A program made the position numbers and the translations under genes. From the NCBI RefSeq assembly GCF_009914755.1, contig NC_060939.1: 64,000 nucleotides of DNA. One strand, written 5' to 3'. The first letter of the stretch is position 1. The number at the start of each line of letters is the position of its first letter. Shown piece after piece: positions 1 through 12,887 of the stretch. This stretch comes from the human T2T-CHM13v2.0 reference genome, Homo sapiens. The notes under the pieces were generated by a model, which ran no database searches, was not told where the DNA came from, and saw only the letters and a list, made by a program, of their open reading frames with translations.

Positions 1-217
<217 letters not shown>

Positions 218-1479
218 CTAAGTAAAACAAAAATTGTATACCAAGGAAATATTTTGCCACATTTGCATGCTAAATCACCAATATTGAAATTGTTTAGATA
301 TATAATTTAAATAAACTCCATGGTCTAAGTCAAATCACCTATAACTACTCATCAGTTACCAGTACCATACACCTAATTTGGAGAAACAGCTGGTATTCAA
401 GAGGATGTAAGTCTAATGTTAATTAAGCACAGACTTATGAAGAACCAGGATGGCCACCTTATCCTTCTTAAGTCCTTAAAACTTTTGTTATTAAAAGTTC
501 TGCATTCCATAACTCATCATGGAAAGAGAAAATGATCCAAATTAAATATATTGGTGTGGTGATTTCTAAACTGCTAAAATAGTTTATAACCAATGTTTGG
601 TTTGTCATACCTATATTCCTAGGAAAACAATCAAAACTTCAGGTACATTTGGTTATGTGATGGGCCATTTAAACATTTTATAAAGGGATTTCATTCAGTT
701 GTCATTTTCAGTGCATGTTTTCTGATTGTATAAAAGCTCTTCCATGCGAGACAGTTGATGTTGAAACAGTAGATTATTACCCTGAAGTGTATTTTCACCA
801 GGTAAAGAAAGCCTTTTATGGCTCACTGAGGACAGTCAACCCCTTCAAAATCTAGAATCTGATGACTGGATCTTCTGAGAACATCAGAGAAGGACTGCCC
901 TTGCCATCCACATGACAGCAAAACTTTAAAACCTTAAACTTTGGGTTCATAGTCTCACAACTCAGAAGGGTCCTTCCACACTTGGAACCATATACCCATT
1001 GGAACCCTTAAGGTAAAGCTAACAAGGACAGTTCCCCCCAGAAGAAGATGGTATCCCTAATGTGAACAGCTTTTCCCAAGATCACAGATCAAGACTTCTC
1101 TACTATCATGAGACACTTATCTTAAGTATCTGTGCAGCTGCTAACACTTACAGCATGTGGAGAAAACATGGGGTATTATAAAGATTCGGTTGTAGGGAAT
1201 TAACAAAAAACCCACTTAGTTAAGCAAGTAAACTCTTTAATTCATTCTTTAATCTATTTGATTTTAGGTGGTTTGATTTATGGGGACCCTGAGTTAGGAG
1301 CATATACCAAATTCTTGGTGTTATCCCAATAGTCATAAGAGTCTCCCTGGTGCACTGTACTTACTCAAATGTTTTAAGAGTTTGCATGCAGGCATCTCTA
1401 AAATATCAAATGGTATCTCTTCAACTGGAATGACAAGTGATTAAAAAAAAAGTGCAACCATAAGGACACCATATCCTAT

Positions 1480-3057
1480 GAGTGACATACTAAACCGGAA
1501 ACCCAAAACAATGAGAGTGACATGCTAAACCAGAAACCCAAAACAATGGGAGTGATGTACTAAACTGGAACCCAAAACAATGCGAGTGACGTGCACTAAA
1601 ACCAGAACCCAAAACAATGGGAGTGACCTGCAAAACCAGAAACCCAAAACAATGGGAGTGACTTGCTAAAACTGGAACCCAAAACAATGGGAGTGATGTG
1701 CTAAAACCAGAAACGAAAACAATGGGAGTGACCTGCTAAACCAGAAACCCAAAACAATGGGAGTGACATGTAAAACCAGAAACCAAAACAATGGGAGTGA
1801 TGTGCTTAAACCGGAACCCAAAACAATGGGAATGACCTGCTAAACCAGAAACCCAAAACAATGGGAGTGACCTGTTAAACCAGAAACCCAAAACAATGGG
1901 AGCATCCTGCTAAACCAGAAACCGAAAACAATGGGAGTGACCTGCTGAACCAGAAACCCAAAACAATGGGAGTGATGTGTAAAACCAGAAACCCAAAACA
2001 AAGGGAGTGACATGCTAAAACCAGAAACCCAAAACAATGGGAGCGTCCTGCTACACCAGAAACCCAAAACGATGGGAGTGACGTGATAAAACCAGACACC
2101 CAAAACAATGGGAGTGACGTGCTAAAACCAGAACCCAAAACAATGAGAGTGACGTGCTAAACCAGAACCCAAAACAATGGGAGTGACGTGCTAAACCAGA
2201 AACCCAAAACAATGGGAGTGATGTGCTAAAACCAGAAACGAAAACAATGGGAGTGATGTGCTTAAACCGGAACCCAAAACAATGGGAGTGACCTGCTAAA
2301 CCAGAAACCCAAAACAATGGGAGTGACATGTAAACCAGAAACCAAAACAATGGGAGTGATGTGCTTAAACCGGAACCCAAAACAATGGGAATGACCTGCT
2401 AAACCAGAAACCCAAAACAATGGGAGTGACCTGCTAAACCAGAAACCCAAAACAATGGGAGCGTCCTGCTAAACCAGAAACCGAAAACAATGGGAGTGAC
2501 CTGCTGAACCAGAAACCCAAAACAATGGGAGTGACGTGTAAAACCAGAAACCCAAAACAATGGGAGTGACATGCTAAAACCAGAAACCCAAAACAATGGG
2601 AGCGTCCTGCTAAACCAGAAACCCAAAACAATGGGAGTGACGTGCTAAAACCAGAAACCCAAAACAATGGGAGCATCCTGCTACACCAGAAAACCAAAAC
2701 GATGGGAGTGACGTGATAAACCAGAAACCCAAAACAATGGGAGTGACGTGCTAAAACCTGGAAACCCAAAACAATGGGAGTGAGGTGCTAAAACCAGATA
2801 CACAAAACAATGGGAGTGACGTGCTAAAACCAGAACCCAAAACAATGAGAGTGAAGTGCTAAACCAGAACCCAAAACAATGGGAGTGACGTGCTAAAACA
2901 GGAACCCAAAACAATGAGAGTGAGGTGCTAAACCAGAAACCCAAAACAATGGGAATGACGTGCTAAAACCGGAACCCAAAACAATGGGAGTGACGTGCTA
3001 AACCAGAAACCCAAAACAATGGGAATGATGTGCTAAAATCGGAACCCAAAACAATGG
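1480..3057 (+). repeat. 35-bp tandem satellite/minisatellite, ~45 monomers, consensus GGGAGTGACGTGCTAAA(A)CCAGAAACCCAAAACAAT (possibly HSAT5)
   Basis: 45 monomers counted by eye over ~1578 bp. The HSAT5 name is from memory and is not verified. Confidence 0.95.
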
Positions 3058-3119
3058 TAACTAAGAGTGGTGTTAAGGCCCTACATTTTGGTCACACTCT
3101 CAACTAAGTGAGAACTTGA

Positions 3120-3425
<306 letters not shown>

Positions 3426-3797
3426 AAAGGAGGAATTTTTTAAGCAAAATTATGGGAGGCCATTGTTTTGAACTAAGCTCATGCAATAGGTCCCAACAGA
3501 CCAAACCAAATAAAATCGAGTCACTCATGCTAAATGTAACATAATCAAACTAAGACTTTAAGGAAACACATAAATCCTAGAACAAACCAGGTTTTGTTTT
3601 TCTCCTGTAAACAGGATGTTCCAGCATAAGAAGATATATTCTACTCAAGTCCTTGTTCCACCTTTTCAAATCTCACTGGTCTATTTCCCAGTGGGTTTCT
3701 AAACCAAGTAAGTACATTTGCAATGGTAATAGTGACACCAGTGACTGAAGTTTTGGCCAATCTCTCAAAATTGAGAAAATAACCAAAGGGAAGGCAT

Positions 3798-4196
3798 TGT
3801 TAAAGTGAACTAAGTATGGCCTGAGAAGGACTCCATAATTCTATATATGAGTCCTTGTGGATGAACTGCAACCTACCTTAATAGGTATACAAGAATGAAA
3901 AACTAACTTGAGAGTATGCACCTGGAACAACAGCTACATCTTGGCCAATCCCAATGGCCAAACTTCAACCACTCAGGCACTGCCAAATGTTCAAAATGTG
4001 TTCAAAGAAGGCAAACGCTGAGTTGTTTCTGTACCTCACTTCCGATTTCGGTATGCCATTTCCCTTTTGTCTATAAATCTTCTTCCACCACATGACTGCG
4101 CTGGAGTCTCTGTGAATCTGCTGTGATTCTGGGGACTGTCTGATTCGTGAATCGTTTATTGCTCAATTAAACTCCTTTAAAGTTTTTCTTTTAACA
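3798..4196 (+). mobile_element. MER57-family LTR (3' LTR of the upstream ERV)
   Basis: Starts TGTTAAAG..tatggcctgagaaggactcc and ends tttttcttttAACA. Contains CCAAT, TATAAA and ATTAAA, and is preceded by a polypurine tract (PPT). Confidence 0.8.
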
Positions 4197-4237
4197 GAAC
4201 TAACACAGAAGAATTTCCAGGTCATGAACAGACGTTT

Positions 4238-4843
4238 TGTAATACCCAACGTTGTATTAACATGAATAGACTCTTCCTTAGATAGCTAACCTTGTTTTTA
4301 ATATGAATAGACTCTCCCTTAGCTGAGAAAACCAGACAAACTCTATTTGGCTCCTTCATTTACAAGACATCAAGGGCTCCTTACCCACCCCCTTTCCTCA
4401 AGGACTTTAACTTGTGCAAACTGATTTTCAACATATCAAAGAGTGCAATTAACTGATAAAGTGCTGAGACAAGCGATGTCGGCAGTTCCCAGCAAATTAC
4501 TCAGAGATAGTATCATAAAGCCCCCACATTTGTCCAGCAGATAATGCCCAGAGCCCCCTCACCTATCACTTTGTGGTGAATTTAAAGCCCCTGCACCTGG
4601 AACAGTTTGTTTTCCTGTAACCATCAGTCTTTTTAACTTTTTTGTCGTTTTTTTCTTCTGTAAAGTTGCTGCAGCTAGAATCCCCCCTCCCCTCTCTAAA
4701 CCAAAGTATAAAAGAAAATCTATTCCCTTCTTCGGGGCCGAGAGAATTTTGTGCATTGGCCGTCTCTCAGTCACCGGCTAATAAAGGACTCCTGAATTCG
4801 TCTCAAAGTGTGGCGTTTCTCTCTAACTCACTCAGGTATGACA
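4238..4843 (+). mobile_element. Solo LTR6-family (HERV-T/S71) LTR
   Basis: TG...CA termini with an exact 4-bp TSD GTTT (4234-4237 and 4844-4847). TATAAAA and AATAAA are present and the sequence matches the recalled LTR6 consensus. Confidence 0.82.
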
Positions 4844-5192
4844 GTTTCAACTATGGTAGAAGACTCGAGTAAGGCAAATACAGTCCCCCTAAATTTGACT
4901 ATTATTTAGGTTAATGGTGAGTTTAGAAGAAATAAGTTAAGACTACACAGAGTGGGCTAAAGTGCAAATAAACACTGGAAATATTTCCCAGAAAATATGA
5001 CTTTGAACAGGCTGCTGCACACCCTGCATGTAGAGATAAACTAAGAAAAAGGTGTGGAGAGTTATTTAAGGACCTATGGTTAACTCAGTCCTCAAGATGT
5101 TCCAGGTTTCATCCATGAATCAAGGAGGACCTCCCAAAAGCTGTTTGGGACCACACTCTTTGAGCAAGGAGCATACCTTACGATGGAAGCTG

Positions 5193-5276
5193 TGCTTTAG
5201 TGGCAGATGACCATTTCCACTGCACAAAACGCCATGCTTTAGCGGAAGATGACCGTTTCCACTGCACAACACTACA
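5193..5276. repeat. 42-bp tandem duplication
   Basis: tgctttag(t/c)gg(c/a)agatgacc(a/g)tttccactgcacaa occurs twice, at 5193 and 5235. Confidence 0.85.
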
Positions 5277-5665
5277 AGTGGTTACTGCCAGGCCGGTGTG
5301 AAATATGTTCCAGCACATAATCTATGTCACCAATGAAGGTGGTGGTTCTGACTTGGTGCACAGAAGCTTTCCTGTCCCACAAGAACACAGCATGCTCTCT
5401 TCTCGGATTCCATTCCAATCACGTAACAAATATGACTGCCTTTTTTGTCTCGGCATCAGAAAGATCAGAGGAAACTTTGCACCCAACTTAGACAACTCTA
5501 AGCTCTTATAACCTGCCTATATCTACAGGTCAGCTTTATCTTATTTATGTATATTTCCTTCAACCTGAGTTTTACTTATTTCTACTTTTCCTTTTTAATT
5601 CACAGACACCAATAAACTCAGAAAATACAGTGTAAAACAAAGTGAAGAACAAATAAACAACTCAC

Positions 5666-5724
5666 CAGAGATTTATTCGTTTCCTGTTGCTCTTGGAAAC
5701 ACCCAGAGGACACTGGAAACACAG
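5666..5724 (-). pseudogene. ZNF717: ZNF717-like KRAB-ZNF exon 2 (first coding exon), start codon lost; probable paralogous pseudogene copy
   Basis: Minus strand reads ttctatcccag|CTGTGTTTCCAGTG...AAATCTCTG|gtgagt. It translates as VFPVSSGCFQEQQETNKSL, versus the recalled ZNF717 N-terminus MFPVFSGCFQELQEKNKSL. The splice sites are canonical and the exon ends in phase 0. KRAB and zinc-finger exons would lie left of the window. Confidence 0.72.
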
Positions 5725-6339
5725 CTGGGATAGAAGGCAAATGACGTGGGTTAAGGAGAGAACTGGTGTGGTGTGGTCCCAGATTCTTCTGCCCAACACT
5801 CTAGACACATTACTTGGGAAAGCCCTCCTCCCTCCTGAAAAAGAAAAACTTCCCCATGGGAGAAGAGTCCTTCATGCCCCATTAGGGGCAACAAAGACTC
5901 AAGTTAAGATGATACATCTACAAGTACATTAATTGGTAGACATTAGATGCACAATTTATTTTTGAATAAAAACATGTATTACCTACTAATTTAGTAACAA
6001 TATTATCTAAAGATATAATCTAATAATTTAATACAAAGAAACATAAGTTCACTAAAATAAATGTTATAGAAATATACTAGGCTGTATTAACTATTTTCCT
6101 ATTAATATGTAGATTCCACAAATAACTTCATATGAGTGTTCCCATGACAGTACATCTTGCTTTTCTATACCTGAACATCATGGAAAGTGCATCTTGCAAT
6201 CCAGCAATTTTGGCCTACAATTACGTTTTTTAAAATGTACATAATATGTATTTCCTACAGTACACCATTCTACTCATGTTTCCCAATAACACCTTTCCTT
6301 CTATCCAAGCCCTCATATTATGCTCTGACAATAAATTGG

Positions 6340-6713
6340 GCTTTTCCATCTGACTTGTCCAGTGAATGGACAATGGAAAATGTGATGCAAATATACATTG
6401 GTTCTTCCCATTTTGGACACAGTCAAATTGTGAAGAGGTCTGGAGCTACCCTGTTGGAGACACAGGGCCTAGCCAAGAGTCACCACAAACCACCAGATTG
6501 TGAAGGAAACTATCTTAAACCAACCAGACTCAGTCAAGGCACCAGGTGACTAAGGCCTTTTTGTGATCCAGGCAACACAAATATATCAACTACCCAGCTG
6601 AATCCACCACACCAAAATGCAGATCCACAGAACTTCAAACAAATAAAATGGTGGTTTTTTATAAGCCAGTAAGGTTTAATTAGTTCCTTAAACAGCAAGT
6701 ATTAACTGTTACA
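6340..6713 (+). mobile_element. Old MaLR (MLT1-like) LTR remnant
   Basis: The 3' end resembles MLT1 (cccagctgaatcc...cacagaac...aataaaatggtgg...taagcca...cagcaa...aactg.taca). It is highly diverged. Confidence 0.5.
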
Positions 6714-7589
6714 CCTAAGTGAACAGAATTCACTTCTGTGTTTTTAACAAAATTACGTAGCGAGAGAAAATCTTAAATTACAAATCAAATACAATCAATA
6801 GAACTTCGCAATCTAATGCTAAATTTGGTGATGGACTAGGTTTAATATATCTCAGACGCTGGAAGAAACGAGCTAAGGTTGAAGGAATGGGACTGTGTTT
6901 GGAGAGTATTTTAATCTTCTCAAGTATGACAGGTCACTCCTGCACCCCAGACCACACTTTCAGGCCCCTTCAAATAAGGAATATTTCCTAAGTCCTTGCC
7001 TGTTCTTCTCAGCTGAATTCACCTCAACCTTCTGAAGGTTCGTCCAAACCTTCTGCTATCACCTAGTCTTTGCAAATCTTGTGCATTCTAGGGAGTAGAA
7101 TTTATATTTCCTGAGCGAGGAAAACTGGGTTCTTCACCTGTGACCTTTTTTCCTCCTCTGAAGCACCAGTGAGAGGTTAGACCAGATGGCTGTTCTTTCA
7201 AGTGCACTTCTTATTCATAGGGAACCCTCCCTTTCAAACTTTGTAACACACAGTTAAGACTGAAGTACCGTTAAGGCTGACTACCATCACCCATTACACC
7301 ATCTCCCTCGCGGAATCAGTGAGTTCTTCCCTGGAAACTAGGTCTCGTATAAACTTCTGTAAATGCGACCCAGGAGGACTAGGCAGGTCACACAGTGAAG
7401 GAGGGAACCAGAAACTTCACTTGCTAAAGAGACACCAGGAAACCCAACTAATACAAACGCCAAGTTTAAGACTAGAGGAGCACGCATTTCACACTACTCC
7501 TCTGGGAATGGGGAACATCTCCCGAGAACTGTGTGTTAGCACCGGGACACATGGGCAAACTGAGCGACATGAGGGTTGGTAACCGGGTC

Positions 7590-8040
7590 CCTAAGCGGCA
7601 GGACAGGAGCTTGGCCTGCAGACTCCGGGCCCAGGGCCACCGGCCTCGCCTACCCGTTCCTGCGCCTCTAGAACCCGCTTCACTGACAGGACCACACGCC
7701 TGTCATCCCAGCCCCCGCCAGGGTCCACGGCCCGCACCTGCACTTCAGGCCCTGCCCGCCCGCGATGCGCCCACGCATCTGCTCCCACAACTAGGGAACA
7801 CTGGTCCGGCCCCCCGGGATCCCCCGAGACCCACGGGTTCCTCTTCGCCCTCGCACCGACCCGCAGGGACATAGAACAAAGCCCCAAGCCGGCCCAGCTA
7901 CAGGACCCTCTCTGGGTGCCGCACTTCCGGAGGAAAATGGCGGAGTGGGCCGGGCAGCGCAAGCGCAGAGAGAAAAGCTGGTTCCCAAGGTCCTTGATGG
8001 TAACATCATTGGAAGGTGACACTACATTTCCCATGAGGCT
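7590..8040 (-). promoter_or_regulatory. CpG-island promoter of the ZNF717-like locus
   Basis: GC- and CpG-rich. Motifs: ETS CACTTCCGG (7922-7930), YY1 AAAATGGCGG (7934-7943), NRF1-like GCGCAAGCGCA (7957-7967) and ZNF143/THAP11-type ACTACATTTCCCATGAGGC (8021-8039). Confidence 0.8.
7738..7960 (-). pseudogene. Probable exon 1 (5'UTR-type) of the ZNF717-like transcript
   Basis: Donor GAAGTGCAG|gtgcgg at 7738/7737 inside the CpG island, ~2 kb upstream of exon 2. The transcription start position is approximate. Confidence 0.6.
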
Positions 8041-8123
8041 CTGCGGTCCCCCATTAGGAACCCACGCAGGACATTCTGTTTTGCCCAGCAGTTGAGTTCA
8101 GTTACCCAGAGACCCGGACTTAA

Positions 8124-8557
<434 letters not shown>

Positions 8558-9149
8558 CTCAAGTATATTTTTATAGATGCATTCGAAAGCATGAAAAAAA
8601 TCATGTCTCTATTTTACTTTAAAATTTTAAAAACACAACTAATGAATATGGTAATTCTCTTCCAATCCGTTATCTTTTCTCTCACTAAACTAATTTGTGA
8701 GCCTTCAATTTACACAGTTAGAAAATATGCTCTAGTGCATATACTAGGATAAAATAACAGGGTCATAAGACAGGTGCACTCCATAATCTTTGTGACAACT
8801 TACACTTCCAGTGTCTGATAAATATTTGCCCACAAACTCCCACGTTTCATCCATCCATCAATCAATCAAATCTACCTATCTTTATTTATTTATTGTGAGA
8901 CAGACCTGAAATTTGCCTTTCCTTCCCTGATTTCTGCTACAAACTAGGCAAAGAGTTCTGCCTAGGGGTTTCTCAGAGCTCCAGCTACCACTGAGGTTCC
9001 TAACAGGGAAACGCAGGCTTGAATACTCAGGGTTGATGTGGGAGTGCGTGTGAAACGGGGGTGGGGTGAAAGGGCAGTGACGTTTGTAGGTGGGCAGATG
9101 GGGGTGTGAAGGGCTTTCAGGTAGGAGGCATGCAGGAAACTGGGAGAGG

Positions 9150-9525
9150 GAGCAAAAGTACCTCACTCCTCAGATCACCAGAAGACGCTCCCACCAGTGC
9201 CATCACAGCTTGCCAATGACATGGCAGCACGGGAAGTCCCCACCCCTTGCCATGGAAACAGCTGGAAGTTGCTGCCCATTTCTAGCTATTTCTGAATAAC
9301 CCGCCCCTTAATTAGCATGCCATTAAAAGTGAATTATAAAAATGACTACAAGCCACCCCTAGGCTGCTGCTCTGGGAGCACAACCCACGGAGGGCTCTCT
9401 GCCCTGCCGAAGTGGACGCAGGGCTGTAACACCGCCAATGCCTCCGTAGAGCTGCTTTCTTCCACCACAGTCTTGCTTTTGGATTTCTTCCTGAGCGACG
9501 CCAAGAACCTGCCCTTCCTCAGTGT
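9150..9525 (+). mobile_element. ERV1 LTR fragment (LTR19-like)
   Basis: ataacccgccccttaattagcat...tataaa...gccaagaacc matches a MER4-group LTR 3' half. The exact family is uncertain. Confidence 0.55.
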
Positions 9526-10119
9526 GACTCTTGCCTAAAACCTATCCCTGGTATTCTCTTTTCCTGAGCATGCCCTGACTTGTTCTTTCATCTCCTCTGA
9601 TCTTGCAATTGGTCCTCAGTGACTCTATTCTGCAGATCCAGAAAACTCAACCTTAATCTTCCCAGAGCCCTGTTGTCTCCAATATTGGAATCTCTAGCCT
9701 TGTTTTCTCAGACGCCTAGATTACAGGCCTCTCTCTTGAACACCTATTGGTATGGTATCTGGGGATTCTTTAAATACACGGTGATTGGCAGGGGTTACAT
9801 AGTGGAAATCAGTGCCTGACAATTCGCCTTCCAGGATATGGACTGTCATTCCCTCTCTTGGTTCCCCTCAGTCTCTTATGCATAAAAGTAGAGATTGTAA
9901 TACTCATTTGAATTGCAGATACCTCAACCCGAACCCACCTAATATAATGTAAAAGCCAAGAATGCAACCCCTTTCCTCACCCCGTGAAGGTAAAGCCCTC
10001 AGAGCCAAGGAGAGAAGGCTCAGGGATGGTATCTGGGTGTTTCCAATGCTAACCATGTATTGTAGTTTTTAGTGTGCAAGTTTAAGCTTCCCCAGCTTTA
10101 ATTCTATTGTAACAAGATT

Positions 10120-10345
10120 TATTTTTGTAATTCCATTTTTGGATTCTTGATTTATTGGTAAAGAAATACAGTTATTTTTGTATACCAGTCTTATATAGTG
10201 TTACATTCTTAAATTTGTTCATGAGTCCTAACACTTTTTAGTAAATTTCTTATGATTTTCTAAATGCAAGATCATGTCATCTGTACATAAAGACAACTGT
10301 ACTTCTTCCTTTGCAATCTAGATGCCGTTTATTTATTTACGTTGC
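10120..10345 (-). mobile_element. Old L1M ORF2 fragment
   Basis: ttttctaaatgcaagatcatgtcatctgtac is the antisense of the L1 RT FADDM-type region. Confidence 0.7.
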
Positions 10346-10476
10346 CAAGTTGTCCCAGCTACCACTGTTATCAAGTAAAAGGGTCTCACTGCCCAAAGCA
10401 CAAGAAGCCGGTATCATGACACTGAGTTTTCGAGAAAAGAAAAAGTTTAAAGTCAAACCAAAACCTATGGGGTACA

Positions 10477-10849
<373 letters not shown>

Positions 10850-11215
10850 CTACATCAAAAAAAAGTAGAAAAGCTTCAAATAAACACCTTAATAATGCAT
10901 CTTAAATAATTAGAAAAGCAAGAGCAAACCAAAACCAAAATTAGTAGAAGGAAACATAGCAAAGATCGGAGCAGAAATAAATGAAATTGAAATTTAAAAA
11001 TATAAAATATCAATGAAATGAAAAGTTAATATTTTTAAAAGACCAACAAAGTCAACAAACATTTAACCAGACTAAGAAAAAAGAGAGAAGACTCAAATAC
11101 ATAAAAACAGAGATTAAAAAGGAGACACTATAACTGATACTGTGGAAATTCAAAGAATCATTAGAAACTATTATGACTGACTATATTCCAATAAATTGAA
11201 AAACCTGGAAGAAAT

Positions 11216-11603
<388 letters not shown>

Positions 11604-12887
11604 TTAATTTTACCAAACATTGAAGGCAGAATTACTATCAATCCTACTCAAACTATTCCAAAAAACAGAGAAGGCTGTAGTATTTCCAAACTCATCCTAT
11701 GAAAAAGACCATTCATCATGTCTAAGTGGGATTTATCCCGAGGATGCCAACATGGTTCAACATATGCAAATCAATGAATGTGACACATCATATCAACAGA
11801 ATGAAGGACAAAAACCATATGATAATTTCAATTGATGCTAAAAAGCATTTAATAAAATTCAACATCCCTGTGATAAAAAGAAACCCTCAAAAAAAAACTA
11901 GATATAGAAGGAACATACCACAACACAATAAAAACCATATGCAACAGACCCACAGCCAGTATCATCCTGAACAGGGAAAAGCTGAAAGCCTTTCTTCTAA
12001 GTTCTGGAACAAGACAAGAATGTCCACTTCCAACACTGTTACTTAACATAGTACTGGAAGTCCTAGCTAGAGCAATTCAGACAAGAGAAAAACAATAAAA
12101 GGGATCCAAATTAGAAAGAAGTAAAATTATTACTGTTTTCTTGTTTGCAGATGATTTGATCTTATATTTGGAAAATCCTAAGGACTCCACCAAAAAACTA
12201 TTAGAACTGATCAACAAATTCAGAGTCACAGGATACAAAATCAAACTACAAAAGTCAGTAGCATTTCTAAATGACAAAAATGAACAATCTAAAGAAGAAA
12301 ATCAAGAATGTAATCCCATTTACAATAACTACAAATAAAATAAAATATATGGGAATAAACATAACAGAAGAAGTGAAAGATCTCTACAATGAAAACTATA
12401 AAACATCAATGCAAAAAAATTAAAGAGGACACCAAAAAAAAAAAAAAAGGAAAGATAGTCCATGTTCATTGATTGGAAGAATAAATATTGTTAAAATACC
12501 CATACTTCACAAAGCGATCTACAGATTCAATGCAATCCCTATTGAAATACTAATAACACTCTTCACAGAAATAGAAAAAAATTCCTAAAATTTATACGAA
12601 ACCATAAAAGACCCAGAATACCAAAAGCCATCCTGAGCAAAAAGAACAATACTGGAAGAATCACATCACCTGACTTTAAATTATAGTACAGAGCAATTGT
12701 AAACAAAACACCATGGTACTGGCATAAAACAGACACATAGACCAATGGAACAGAATAGAGAACCCAGAAATAAATCCATACATTTACAATTAACTCATTT
12801 TCAATGAAGGTGCCAAGAATATACATGGGGGAGAGGATAGTCTCTTCAACAAATTGTGCTGGGAAAACTAGATATTCATTGGCAGAA

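Noticed and set aside
1490-2944. Repetitive minus-strand ORFs (SHCFGF / SLPLFWV peptides) that might suggest zinc fingers
   Set aside because: They are translations of the satellite, with no C2H2 spacing or TGEKP linkers. Frames shift with monomer length.
1480-3057. CRISPR-like appearance (~35-bp periodic repeat)
   Set aside because: The monomers are contiguous, with no unique spacers and no cas genes. The context is primate DNA.
7533-8034. Unspliced 113-aa and 147-aa ORFs over the CpG island
   Set aside because: Long open frames are expected from GC richness. Only the spliced ATG-7872 version is kept as a hypothesis.
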